This document shows positions 10,752 through 20,307 of a DNA stretch of 64,000 nt, in pieces (position 1 is the first letter of the stretch; every line of letters begins with the position of its first letter). Under the pieces are notes generated by a model that saw nothing but the letters and a program-made list of their open reading frames with translations, was not told where the DNA came from and ran no database searches. A program made the translations under genes and the position numbers. Where the stretch lies: contig JAFVRN010000001.1 of NCBI GenBank assembly GCA_017504265.1, positions 33,203 through 97,202 of the forward strand. Direction: 5' to 3'. This DNA comes from Alistipes sp. (GTDB lineage: Bacteria; Bacteroidota; Bacteroidia; Bacteroidales; Rikenellaceae).

Positions 10752-11435
10752 CTATTTTGTTATCAGTTTGTAACCAACGCCTCGTACCGATATTATCTCT
10801 ACCGAGGCATCTGCCGAGAGGTGGTTACGCAGCTTCGACACAAAGACATTGAGCGAACGCAGATTGTAGTAGCTGTCATCACCCCATAGGTCGAGCAGTA
10901 TCGTTCTGGAGCTTACCACCCGCCCTATGTTTGCCGCCAACAGGCGTAGTACGGAGGCCTCGCGTGACGATAGACGTATCACGACATCGCCACGACGCAG
11001 CGTGGAGCAGATGCTGTCGAAACAGAAGGAGGCTATGTTATACTCGGTCGTCTGCTCTTCGGTTGTGGCAAGACGTGTGAGCAGAGCCTCGATACGCACC
11101 AGCAATTCACTCATAGCAAAGGGCTTACGCATATAGTCATGACCACCAGAACGGAAGCCCTCGACAACATCCTCCGCACTGCTACGCGCCGAGAGGAACA
11201 TAAAGAGTGTATCGGGGTGGTATGTACGTATACGACGCACCATCTCAAAGCCATCCATGCGAGGCATCATAATGTCGGCGACAACAAGGTCTATGCGATG
11301 CTCCTCGGCATAGCGCAACCCCTGCTCGCCATCGGCGGCGGCAATAACATCGTAGCCGGCATCCTCCAACGCATCGACCAAGATACGTCGCAGCACCTGC
11401 TCATCTTCGACAATCAGTATTCGTCTATTTGCCAT
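10752..11435 (-). CDS. OmpR/PhoB-family response regulator
   Basis: ILIVEDE, DIMMPRMDG, KPF, winged-helix end VRGVGYKL; start at MANRR overlaps the kinase stop. Confidence 0.92.
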   Translation of the reverse strand: MANRRILIVEDEQVLRRILVDALEDAGYDVIAAADGEQGLRYAEEHRIDLVVADIMMPRMDGFEMVRRIRTYHPDTLFMFLSARSSAEDVVEGFRSGGHDYMRKPFAMSELLVRIEALLTRLATTEEQTTEYNIASFCFDSICSTLRRGDVVIRLSSREASVLRLLAANIGRVVSSRTILLDLWGDDSYYNLRSLNVFVSKLRNHLSADASVEIISVRGVGYKLITK

Positions 11436-12636
11436 AACGTGGTAGATGTAGCGTAAAACATGTGCCACGACCCGACTCCGAGCGAAGCTCTATATCTCCG
11501 CCGTGATGTCGTACGATAGACCTCACGTAGTAAAGACCAAGGCCATAGCCCTTTGTGTCGTGACGGTTGCCCGTAGATACTCGATAAAACTTATCGAAGA
11601 TACGTCGTTGCTCACGACGAGGTATGCCCACGCCCCTATCCATTACCGATATGTAGGTCTTGCCACCACGGGTATTAGCCACGATTGTCACCTCGGCCGA
11701 CGACGGGCTATACTTTATTGCATTATCGACAAGGGCGCGTATGACACCCGAGAGGTGGAAGCGGTCGGCAACAACCATCACATCGGGTTCTACCTCGATA
11801 TGCCACGCTATGCTGCGTGAGGCATATTTCAGTGTCAGCGATGTTATGACCTCATTGACAACATCCCCGACAACACACTCCTCATAGCGCAACGACGAGT
11901 TACTATACTCCTCGGTGGAGCTGCGTAGTATCTCTTCTATCATATCGCCCAAGTGTCGCAACTCGGCAATTATCATTTGCAGATACTCGCCACGCCGCCC
12001 ACTATCTTCGGCCAACGCCGTATTGCTAAGCAGCATATCGGTTGCTGCATAGGCAGCAGCAACGGGTGTTTTAAGCTCGTGAGTGATATTATGCGTAAGG
12101 TCACGACGTATATCCTCGATGCTCTTGGCACGGAAGAGTGTACGCAGAAGATAGATGAATGTAAATGTAAGCACCACCACCGAGAGTAGTTGCAGGATGA
12201 GTATCGACCGCATATTGGCAAGTATATCTGCCTGCGGATCTGCGACCGTAAGACGTAGCACAAGAGGCTCAACCAACTTATCTACAGACATCGTATCGCC
12301 CTGAAATGTTTCGCCATATGTCATCAGCTCCTCCTCTTGGCCATCGACCAACATAAGCACCTCGACACGACATATCGCCGTCATTCCCGCTGTGCGCAGC
12401 CCCTCACTTGCAAAGGCCGCAAAACGTGCCACGCCACCTATATTTATATTACCATCGTAGATTGATTTTACGGCATACTTCCACGCCACCTCCTCCAATA
12501 CACTTCGTAACTGATGCTCATAGCCATTACGCATATCGCGATAGGTACGCACAGCCCACAACGTCTCGACAGCAGCAAGAAGCACCAACGAGAATACAAC
12601 CATCATTGAGAGGAGCGTGAAGCGCGATTTCTTCAT
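11425..12636 (-). CDS. Sensor histidine kinase
   Basis: Two TM segments; H-box THELKTP, N-box DNAIKY, G-boxes DRGVG and GYGLGL. Confidence 0.93.
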   Translation of the reverse strand: MKKSRFTLLSMMVVFSLVLLAAVETLWAVRTYRDMRNGYEHQLRSVLEEVAWKYAVKSIYDGNINIGGVARFAAFASEGLRTAGMTAICRVEVLMLVDGQEEELMTYGETFQGDTMSVDKLVEPLVLRLTVADPQADILANMRSILILQLLSVVVLTFTFIYLLRTLFRAKSIEDIRRDLTHNITHELKTPVAAAYAATDMLLSNTALAEDSGRRGEYLQMIIAELRHLGDMIEEILRSSTEEYSNSSLRYEECVVGDVVNEVITSLTLKYASRSIAWHIEVEPDVMVVADRFHLSGVIRALVDNAIKYSPSSAEVTIVANTRGGKTYISVMDRGVGIPRREQRRIFDKFYRVSTGNRHDTKGYGLGLYYVRSIVRHHGGDIELRSESGRGTCFTLHLPRYGK

Positions 12637-12703
12637 ATAGATAATCTCTGTTTGGTACAAAGGTATGAAAATTTATCAAGCTACACGAGGCTGTATGGCC
12701 TTT

Positions 12704-12740
12704 TTAACACTATTTAACAAAACTCTTAACACTCTTTAAC
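12704..12740. promoter_or_regulatory. Four TTAAC direct repeats at about helical spacing; probable response-regulator site between divergent promoters
   Basis: TTAAC at 12704, 12714, 12726 and 12736; TACCTTTG boxes at 12658-12665 (-) and 12773-12780 (+). Confidence 0.6.
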
Positions 12741-12844
12741 CTTAAAAATTAGGTCACACCGATTTATTCCCCTACCTTTGCAACAGAAAACAGAGAGCTC
12801 TTGTATTGTTAAATGTAGTGTTAAACAAAAAAGACCAAAAGATT

Positions 12845-13456
12845 ATGAAACGAATATCTATCATCGTGATGCTGGCTGTTGTGTTGTGTGGCTCGGCATT
12901 GGCTTCAATACCTGCCGAAGAGCAGCAACCGTTGGTTGTGGTAAATGGCAAGGTAATGACTATGGAGGAGGTCAAGGCATTGGATAGCAATAAGATTGAG
13001 TCGATGACCGTGATTAAGGATGCAGCGCAACTTGCCGAGTATGCCACACTCGGCGACACGTCGAATGGTGTGGTTGTCATATCGCTCTACGAAGATAGTG
13101 TCGAGACAACCAACAGCGACGAGCCTGTATTTATATCGGCCGAAGTGATGCCTACGTTTATGGGTGGCGACCTTGTAACTTTCCAGAATTGGGTGATGCA
13201 CAACCTGCGATACCCGGCCGAGGCCCTGGAACTTGGACAGGAGGAGATGGTTATCGTGACATTCACGGTTGATCGTGAAGGATATATCCCCGAGGAGAGC
13301 ATCAAGATTTTGCAATCTAAATATCCGCTGCTCGCCAATGAGGTACGCCGCGTGATGCTATCGACACCACGCTGGACACCGGCCATACAAAAGGGTAAAC
13401 CCGTAGCCGTAAGCTTCACACTGCCCGTACAGTTTACGCTCTCGGCCAAGAAGTAG
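12845..13456 (+). CDS. Exported protein with TonB C-terminal domain and plug-like PLVVVNG module
   Basis: Signal peptide; AEVMPTFMGG, LRYP, WTPAIQKGKPV, LPVQF. Confidence 0.8.
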   Translation: MKRISIIVMLAVVLCGSALASIPAEEQQPLVVVNGKVMTMEEVKALDSNKIESMTVIKDAAQLAEYATLGDTSNGVVVISLYEDSVETTNSDEPVFISAEVMPTFMGGDLVTFQNWVMHNLRYPAEALELGQEEMVIVTFTVDREGYIPEESIKILQSKYPLLANEVRRVMLSTPRWTPAIQKGKPVAVSFTLPVQFTLSAKK

Positions 13457-13467
13457 CGATATAAATC

Positions 13468-13529
13468 AAGGCGCAGGGTTGTATTGCAAGGCCAGATAAG
13501 GCACATACGCAATACAACCCTGCGTCTTT
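13468..13529. terminator. Long hairpin between convergent genes
   Basis: AAGGCGCAGGGTTGTATTGC pairs with GCAATACAACCCTGCGTCTT. Confidence 0.7.
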
Positions 13530-13542
13530 CGTAAAGATATAT

Positions 13543-14955
13543 TTAGTGCGTAAAGATACGTCCCAACTGACGCTCCTCTTTCTCGTAGCGTAAGCGTGAG
13601 GCTGTGGGATATTGCAACTTCTCGAACTCCGACACAGCACTCTCTATATCGCGTAACAACATATCGGCCATATCGCGCGACATACCCTGGCGCACGACGA
13701 TACGCATCACGACAATATCCTCTATGTTCTTAGGCAGCGTATAGGCCGGCACCATCCATCCGCTCTGCTGCAATGCCGCCTGCAAGTCGTATAGTGTCCA
13801 CTTTGCCGTGCGGTTATACTCCTCGTTCAAACACCACACAAAGAGCGGATTGACAACCTCGTCGGAGTAGTTCTCGAAGCACTCCATAGCACCTATACGC
13901 TCGTGACAGTAACGAGCAATCTCCATACAGTTTTGCTGAACACGGCGATAACCCTCACGTCCCAGACGTATGAAATTGTAGTACTGAGCAAGTATCTGCG
14001 ATGCAGGACGCGAGAAGTTAAGACCCACCTGCGTTACCTCTGCTCCGAGATAGTTCACCGAGAAGGACATATCCTTAGGCAGCAGACTCTTGTCACGCCA
14101 TACGACCCATCCCAAGCCCGGGTATACCAGACCGAATTTGTGTCCCGAGGTCGATATGGACATAACCCACTTTAAGCGGAAATCCCACTTCGTATCGGGA
14201 CTGACAAAGGGTAGTATAAAACCGCCCGATGCAGCATCAACGTGTATTGGGATGTCGTGTCCCGTAGCTCTGTTATACTCGTCAAGCTCCCTATCCAAGG
14301 CCTCAATATCGTCGTTAAGGCCCGTCCACGTAACACCGGCAATAGGCACAATGCAGATAGTATTCTCATCACAATACCGAAGCGCATCTTTGGGACATAA
14401 CGTGCGTCTCTCGCGGCTCAGTGGCACCTGACGTAGCTCTATCTGCCATAGCTGGCAGAACTTCTCCCATACCACCTGCATACCCGAGCTCATAACCAGA
14501 TTTGGTTTATCGACACTCTTACCCGCTTTCATACGACGCTCACGCCAACGCAGCCACGCAGCAACACCACCAAGCATACAAGCCTCCGACGAGCCAATGC
14601 CCACAGCACCACACTTCGACTCACACTTCTCGGGGCTGTTCCACAAATTAGCAAGGATATTGATACAGCGGCTTGCCATAACCGCAACTCTCGGATACTC
14701 CGTTTGGTCGATATAGTTCATCGCCACAGACTCATTCATAAGACGTGTAGCATACTCATCCATATAGGTCGTCACAAATGTCGCGAGGTTCAATCGCGGC
14801 TGCGTCTGCGCATAGGTCTCATCCTTAACTATGCGGTATGCAATCTCGGGTGGGGTCATCTCATCAGGAATAGTCATTGTGGGGGCGGGACGAACCATCT
14901 CGTCCGAGCCATAGACGGCAGTTGTCGCCGTAGAGTGATGTTTTGAACTGCTCAT
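13543..14955 (-). CDS. gadB: Glutamate decarboxylase
   Basis: LNLATFVTT, IHVDAASGGF, PLP lysine in STSGHKFG. Confidence 0.95.
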   Translation of the reverse strand: MSSSKHHSTATTAVYGSDEMVRPAPTMTIPDEMTPPEIAYRIVKDETYAQTQPRLNLATFVTTYMDEYATRLMNESVAMNYIDQTEYPRVAVMASRCINILANLWNSPEKCESKCGAVGIGSSEACMLGGVAAWLRWRERRMKAGKSVDKPNLVMSSGMQVVWEKFCQLWQIELRQVPLSRERRTLCPKDALRYCDENTICIVPIAGVTWTGLNDDIEALDRELDEYNRATGHDIPIHVDAASGGFILPFVSPDTKWDFRLKWVMSISTSGHKFGLVYPGLGWVVWRDKSLLPKDMSFSVNYLGAEVTQVGLNFSRPASQILAQYYNFIRLGREGYRRVQQNCMEIARYCHERIGAMECFENYSDEVVNPLFVWCLNEEYNRTAKWTLYDLQAALQQSGWMVPAYTLPKNIEDIVVMRIVVRQGMSRDMADMLLRDIESAVSEFEKLQYPTASRLRYEKEERQLGRIFTH

Positions 14956-15092
14956 AATAGTAAAATTTATAGGTTACATACCCCGTGACACACAAACTAT
15001 GCCATATAAAATTCCATTTTCTCAAAAAAAATCGCAAAACATTTGGTTAATTAAAATATTATCTCTACCTTTGCCCCGCAAATACGAAAGTA

Positions 15093-15167
15093 CGGGATGT
15101 AGCGCAGTCCGGTTAGCGCACCTGCTTTGGGAGCAGGGGGTCCCAGGTTCGAATCCTGGTATCCCGA
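15093..15167 (+). tRNA. tRNA-Pro(TGG), CCA not encoded
   Basis: CGGGATG/TATCCCG acceptor stem, anticodon arm CCTGC-TTTGGGA-GCAGG, GGTTCGAATCC; promoter TACCTTTG at 15066-15073. Confidence 0.96.
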
Positions 15168-15231
15168 CAATCATCAAGAAGTTAGAAAGGCAAATGCCGA
15201 GTATAACTTCTTTCTTATATATAGCCCTGCT

Positions 15232-15306
15232 CGGGATGTAGCGCAGTCCGGTTAGCGCGCCAGCTTCGGGAGTTGGAGGTCCCGGGTTCGAATCCCGGTA
15301 TCCCGA
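15232..15306 (+). tRNA. tRNA-Pro(CGG), CCA not encoded
   Basis: Same cloverleaf; anticodon arm CCAGC-TTCGGGA-GTTGG. Confidence 0.96.
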
Positions 15307-15313
15307 CAAATGT

Positions 15314-15346
15314 AATGAGTCTTTGTAGTACAAAGGCTCATTTTTT
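15314..15346 (+). terminator. Intrinsic terminator after the tRNAs
   Basis: ATGAGTCTTTGT/ACAAAGGCTCAT stem plus T run. Confidence 0.75.
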
Positions 15347-15557
15347 CATTCATAACATCCTTTTAGCGTGAGATGTACAATGAATACCGCTACGTGGCAT
15401 CTCACGCTTTTTATGATAAGGGCGCATCCTGATGATCGTATGGCTCAGCCTTGCAAAAGTATCGGCCATCGACTCTTTCAATGCAAAAAATATCGTTATA
15501 CACTTTGTTTCTTTATTTTTTTTCGTATCTTTATGGTGCTAAAACAGACTAAAAAGA

Positions 15558-15767
15558 GTGAAACGCACCATTGTAAATATCTGGAATTTCTATGTAGATG
15601 GCTTCAAGCAGATGACTTGGGGCAGGCAGCTATGGTGGCTTATACTGCTTAAAATCATCATATTATTTGTATTACTGCGCGGTTTCTTCTTCAAACCGAC
15701 ACTTGCAGGAAAGAGCGATGAGCAACGTAGCGAGTATGTGGGATACCAACTCACAGAGCGAGAATAA
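15558..15767 (+). CDS. DUF4492-type small membrane protein upstream of cydAB
   Basis: FYVDGFKQMTWGRQLWWLILLK pattern and conserved position before cydA; GTG start. Confidence 0.8.
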   Translation: MKRTIVNIWNFYVDGFKQMTWGRQLWWLILLKIIILFVLLRGFFFKPTLAGKSDEQRSEYVGYQLTERE

Positions 15768-15793
15768 AACATAACCCCCTAAAATTATAAACT

Positions 15794-17278
15794 ATGGTAG
15801 AAACAGCATTAGTAGATTGGTCGAGGTTGCAGTTTGCACTGACCGCAGGGTACCATTGGATATTCGTTCCGCTAACCTTGGGACTTGCCGTAATTATGGC
15901 GACAATGGAGAGCATATACGTAAAGACGGGCGACGAGTTTTGGAAGAAGACCGCCAAATTTTGGATGAAACTCTTCGCCATAAACTTCGCTGTGGGCATA
16001 GCAACAGGCATAATACTCGAATTTGAGTTTGGTACGAATTGGAGCAACTACTCGTGGTTCGTAGGCGACATATTCGGTGCTCCGCTTGCCATCGAGGGCA
16101 TCTTCGCATTCTTTATGGAGGCCACCTTCTTTGCCGTGATGTTCTTCGGATGGGATAAGGTAAGCAAGCGTTTTCATCTTGCTGCAACGTGGCTCACGGG
16201 CATAGGTGCTGCTATCTCGGCAATATGGATTCTTATAGCCAATGCGTGGATGCAACACCCTGTGGGTATGGAGTTTAATCCCGATACCGTACGTCATGAG
16301 ATGGTTGATTTCTGGGCATTGGTACTCAACCCTGTGGCCATATCAAAATTCTTCCACTCGGTATTTAGCGGTTGGATGACGGGTGCTATATTCGTTATCG
16401 GCATCAGTTGCTGGTATCTGCTACGCAAACGTGAACGACGCTTTGCCCTGGCAAGTATTCGTGTAGCTGCCATCGTCGGCATCGTAGGTACATTTGCCGT
16501 GATGTTTAGTGGCGACAGCTCGGGTGTTCACGCAGCGAAATATCAGCCTATGAAGCTCGCAGCGGCCGAGGGTCTTGAAAAGGGTGGCGAGGGTGCTCCC
16601 TTCTCGATAGTACCGGGCGTTGAGATACCCGGGATGTTATCCGTACTTGCCACACACGACATCGACGGATATGTCCCCGGCATTGAGGATATATTGGATG
16701 GCTACACCACGTCCGATGGGGTTAGCTATCCCTCGGCCGAGGAGAAGATAGCGCGTGGCAAGAGTGCCATAGAGGCATTTGGCAGATACCGAGAATTAAG
16801 AGATAGCAACCCCGAGGAGGCTGCCGCAGCACGCGAGGTATTAGATGCCAATATCGACTACTTCGGTTACGGATATATCGACTCACGCGATGAGTTGGTG
16901 CCACCCGTAGACCTTATCTACTGGGCATTCAGAGTGATGGTCGGATTGGGCGGAGCACTTCTGCTGCTGATGTTTGTTGTACTATGGGCCGAGCGCCGAA
17001 AGCGTCTTGAAGATATGCGTTGGCTGCTATGGATTGCACTGCTATCCATACCATTGGTATACATTGCCGGTCAGGCAGGATGGATTGTCGCCGAGGTGGG
17101 ACGTCAGCCCTGGGTTATCGAGGGTTTGCTGCCGGTTAAGGCTGCCGTATCGAGTGTGAGCGTCGGCGCGGTTAAGACTACCTTCTTCCTCTTTGTTGCC
17201 ATATTCACGCTCTTCCTCGCTATCGAGATGCGCATTATGATAAAGGCCATAAAGCATGGGCCCAACATCGAACAATAA
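15794..17278 (+). CDS. cydA: Cytochrome bd oxidase subunit I
   Basis: YHWIFVPLT, FEFGTNW, QPMKLAA, EVGRQPW. Confidence 0.96.
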   Translation: MVETALVDWSRLQFALTAGYHWIFVPLTLGLAVIMATMESIYVKTGDEFWKKTAKFWMKLFAINFAVGIATGIILEFEFGTNWSNYSWFVGDIFGAPLAIEGIFAFFMEATFFAVMFFGWDKVSKRFHLAATWLTGIGAAISAIWILIANAWMQHPVGMEFNPDTVRHEMVDFWALVLNPVAISKFFHSVFSGWMTGAIFVIGISCWYLLRKRERRFALASIRVAAIVGIVGTFAVMFSGDSSGVHAAKYQPMKLAAAEGLEKGGEGAPFSIVPGVEIPGMLSVLATHDIDGYVPGIEDILDGYTTSDGVSYPSAEEKIARGKSAIEAFGRYRELRDSNPEEAAAAREVLDANIDYFGYGYIDSRDELVPPVDLIYWAFRVMVGLGGALLLLMFVVLWAERRKRLEDMRWLLWIALLSIPLVYIAGQAGWIVAEVGRQPWVIEGLLPVKAAVSSVSVGAVKTTFFLFVAIFTLFLAIEMRIMIKAIKHGPNIEQ

Positions 17279-17296
17279 TTAAAGAGAACTGATACT

Positions 17297-18439
17297 ATGA
17301 TAACATACGATTTTCTACAGCACTATTGGTGGTTTCTAATCGCCTTGCTTGGCGGACTACTCGTCTTTCTGCTCTTCGTGCAGGGTGGCAATGCCCTTAT
17401 CTTCATAGCCGGCAAGGATGAACGTCAGCGTGAACTTATAGTAAACTCCACGGGACGTAAGTGGGAACTCACATTCACCACGCTTGTAACCTTTGGCGGA
17501 GCCTTCTTCGCCTCGTTTCCTCTATTCTACAGCACCAGCTTTGGTGGCGCGTATTGGGTATGGATACTCATACTCATAACCTTCGTCTTTCAGGCCGTGT
17601 CGTACGAGTTCCAAAGCAAAGTGGGCAACATCCTCGGGCGCACCACATTCCGAGTATTTCTAACCCTGAACGGATGCCTTGCACCGCTACTTATAGGTAC
17701 TGCTGTCGGAACATTCTTCACAGGCTCGCAGTTCTACGTGGATAAGAGTGCCGTAGGCGATATTGCATCGCCTGTCATCAGCCGCTGGGCAAACGAGTGG
17801 CATGGCTTGGAGGCCGTAGCCGAGCCGTTCAACGTCATTTTCGGGGTTATGGTATTGCTTCTTGCGGTGTCGTTAGGCGCACTCTATATGATAAACAATA
17901 TCGATGACAGCAAGCTGGACAAGAACCTGCGTCGCGCTTTGATCTATAGCTTTGGCGGATTTCTCATAGCCTTCCTTGCGGTATGCTATAAGCTCATTAC
18001 GATGAATGGCTTTGCCGTAGATGCATCGGGCGTGGTATACCTCGAAGCGGGCAAGTACTTCAACAATCTGCTCGATATGCCTGTCGTATTCGCAATGTTG
18101 CTACTCGGTGCCGTGCTGCTTGTTGGCGGTGTCGCAATGACGTTGCTTAAAGCCAACAGCAAACGTGGTATATGGCTTGCAGCGCCCGGTACGGTATTGG
18201 CCGTGATGGCACTCTTTATGATTGTGGGATACAACAATACGGCATACTACCCCTCGACAGCCGACCTGCAATCATCGCTGATGCTGAGCAACAGTTCGTC
18301 GAGCGAATTTACGCTGAGAACCATGGCCGTAGTATCGCTTATAATCCCATTTGTGGTGGCATACATAGCCTACTTCTGGCGACAGATGGACAAGAAGTCG
18401 ATAACGAGCAAAGAGCTCGACCATTCGGATAAATACTAA
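17297..18439 (+). CDS. cydB: Cytochrome bd oxidase subunit II
   Basis: Polytopic membrane protein after cydA; GRKWELTFTTLVTFGGAFFASFP. Confidence 0.93.
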   Translation: MITYDFLQHYWWFLIALLGGLLVFLLFVQGGNALIFIAGKDERQRELIVNSTGRKWELTFTTLVTFGGAFFASFPLFYSTSFGGAYWVWILILITFVFQAVSYEFQSKVGNILGRTTFRVFLTLNGCLAPLLIGTAVGTFFTGSQFYVDKSAVGDIASPVISRWANEWHGLEAVAEPFNVIFGVMVLLLAVSLGALYMINNIDDSKLDKNLRRALIYSFGGFLIAFLAVCYKLITMNGFAVDASGVVYLEAGKYFNNLLDMPVVFAMLLLGAVLLVGGVAMTLLKANSKRGIWLAAPGTVLAVMALFMIVGYNNTAYYPSTADLQSSLMLSNSSSSEFTLRTMAVVSLIIPFVVAYIAYFWRQMDKKSITSKELDHSDKY

Positions 18440-18455
18440 ACCCGATACTCACAAT

Positions 18456-18489
18456 AATGGGCTGGCTAAAATAATTTAGCCAGCCCATT
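18456..18489. terminator. Bidirectional terminator hairpin
   Basis: AATGGGCTGGCTAAA/TTTAGCCAGCCCATT. Confidence 0.8.
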
Positions 18490-18534
18490 CTGCTCTACGA
18501 GAGTGAATAGAGGGATGCCCTTTACCCTCAACCG

Positions 18535-19128
18535 TTACAGCAACTCCTCTATGGCTCTCTCCACAGCTGCCATATCTGCAGTAGGCTCGAAGCGAGCCAC
18601 AGCTCTACCCTCACGATCTACGAGGAACTTTGTAAAGTTCCACTTGATATCCGACTTCTTGTCGTAGTCGGCATCAGCCTCACGTAGCATCTTGTCGAGA
18701 ATCTCGTATAGTTTATGCTCCTTATCCAGACCCTTGAAGCCCTGCTCGCTCTTCAACCATGTATAGAGCGGCGACTCGTTCTGGCCATTCACCTCTATCT
18801 TCTTCATCTGCGCAAAGGTAGTACCGTAGTTGAGCTGACAGAACTGCGTAGTCTCGGCATCGCTCTCAGGCGACTGGGCACCAAACTGGTTGCAGGGGAA
18901 GTCCAAAATCTCAAAACCTCTATCAGCATACTTTGCATAGAGTGCCTGAAGGTCTGCATAGTGCGGTGTAAAACCACAACGGCTTGCCGTGTTTACAACC
19001 AACACGACCTTACCCTTATGCTTATCAAGTCTGACAGGCACACTGCCCTGTGCCAATACCTCAAAATCATACAAACTCTTAGTCGATGCACACTTAGAAC
19101 CGCAGCATCCGCTCTTTGTTGTCTCCAT
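18535..19128 (-). CDS. Glutathione peroxidase family protein (Cys type)
   Basis: VNTASRCGFT, FPCNQFG, IKWNFTKFL. Confidence 0.93.
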   Translation of the reverse strand: METTKSGCCGSKCASTKSLYDFEVLAQGSVPVRLDKHKGKVVLVVNTASRCGFTPHYADLQALYAKYADRGFEILDFPCNQFGAQSPESDAETTQFCQLNYGTTFAQMKKIEVNGQNESPLYTWLKSEQGFKGLDKEHKLYEILDKMLREADADYDKKSDIKWNFTKFLVDREGRAVARFEPTADMAAVERAIEELL

Positions 19129-19383
19129 AGTCGATTATCTTTTTATAATTTATATTCCCAATTTATATCTATCGAAACATCCGTTTCAAATTTTATTCCG
19201 ATGCAAAGTTATAGATTATTTTTATGCCTACAATATTTTTAATACATTTTATCTATAATATATTTTTATACCACTATAAACTCATCAAATAGCGAGCCAA
19301 GAAATAGCCGACGACTAAAAGTTGCTATATTTTTCGTTATCCTGATTTTTTTGTATCTTTGCGCGTAATTACACTATATAAGT

Positions 19384-20268
19384 ATGGCACACCGTAGCGG
19401 TTTTGTAAATATCATAGGTAACCCCAATGTGGGTAAATCGACACTAATGAACCAACTTGTGGGCGAGCGTTTGTCGATAATAACCTCGAAGGCACAGACT
19501 ACACGTCATCGCATAATGGGTATCGTAAATGGCGAGGACTTTCAGATTGTATACTCCGACACTCCCGGCATCCTAAAACCCAACTACAAGCTACAAGAGA
19601 AGATGATGAAGTTTGTACGTGGTGCCATCACCGATGCCGATGTATTGTTGTACGTGACAGACACGGTAGAAGAGAGCGACCGCTCGGCAGATATAATCGA
19701 AAAAGTAAGACTCTCGGGCATACCCACAATAGTTGTCATAAACAAGGTGGATATCACCACCCCCGACCATCTCACGACACTTGTCGAGAAGTGGCAGGCA
19801 CTGCTCCCCGAGGCTATAATAGCCCCCTGCTCGGCTAAGGAGAACTTCAACGTCGAGGGGGTATTCAACCTCATATTGGAGCGACTACCCGAGGGCGAGG
19901 CATTCTACCCGAAGGATACACTCACGGACAAGACTTTGCGCTTTTTTGCCTCGGAGATTATCCGAGAGAAGATACTCCTTAACTACGATAAGGAGATACC
20001 CTACTCGTGCGAGATAGCCATAGAGAGCTACAAAGAGGAGCCTACCATAGACCGTATCTCGGCAACGATATATGTCGCTCGCAACTCACAAAAAGGGATT
20101 GTCATAGGCCATAAGGGCGAGAAGTTGAAGCGTGTAGGACAGGCAGCACGTCACGACTTGGAGGCCTTTCTTGGCAAGCGCGTATTCCTCGAGCTCTATG
20201 TTAAGGTGCAGGAGGATTGGCGCAACAACGACTCGCAGCTGCGACGCTTCGGTTACGAGTTGGAGTAA
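19384..20268 (+). CDS. era: GTPase Era
   Basis: GNPNVGKST, QTTR, DTPG, NKVD, KH domain GIVIGHKG. Confidence 0.96.
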   Translation: MAHRSGFVNIIGNPNVGKSTLMNQLVGERLSIITSKAQTTRHRIMGIVNGEDFQIVYSDTPGILKPNYKLQEKMMKFVRGAITDADVLLYVTDTVEESDRSADIIEKVRLSGIPTIVVINKVDITTPDHLTTLVEKWQALLPEAIIAPCSAKENFNVEGVFNLILERLPEGEAFYPKDTLTDKTLRFFASEIIREKILLNYDKEIPYSCEIAIESYKEEPTIDRISATIYVARNSQKGIVIGHKGEKLKRVGQAARHDLEAFLGKRVFLELYVKVQEDWRNNDSQLRRFGYELE

Positions 20269-20307
20269 CCGAGGATAATAACCGCAAAAATACCACGTTT
20301 AATCTCT

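Noticed and set aside
15093-15306. Integrated element at tRNA-Pro
   Set aside because: No integrase and no duplicated tRNA 3' end elsewhere; a terminator and cydAB follow directly.
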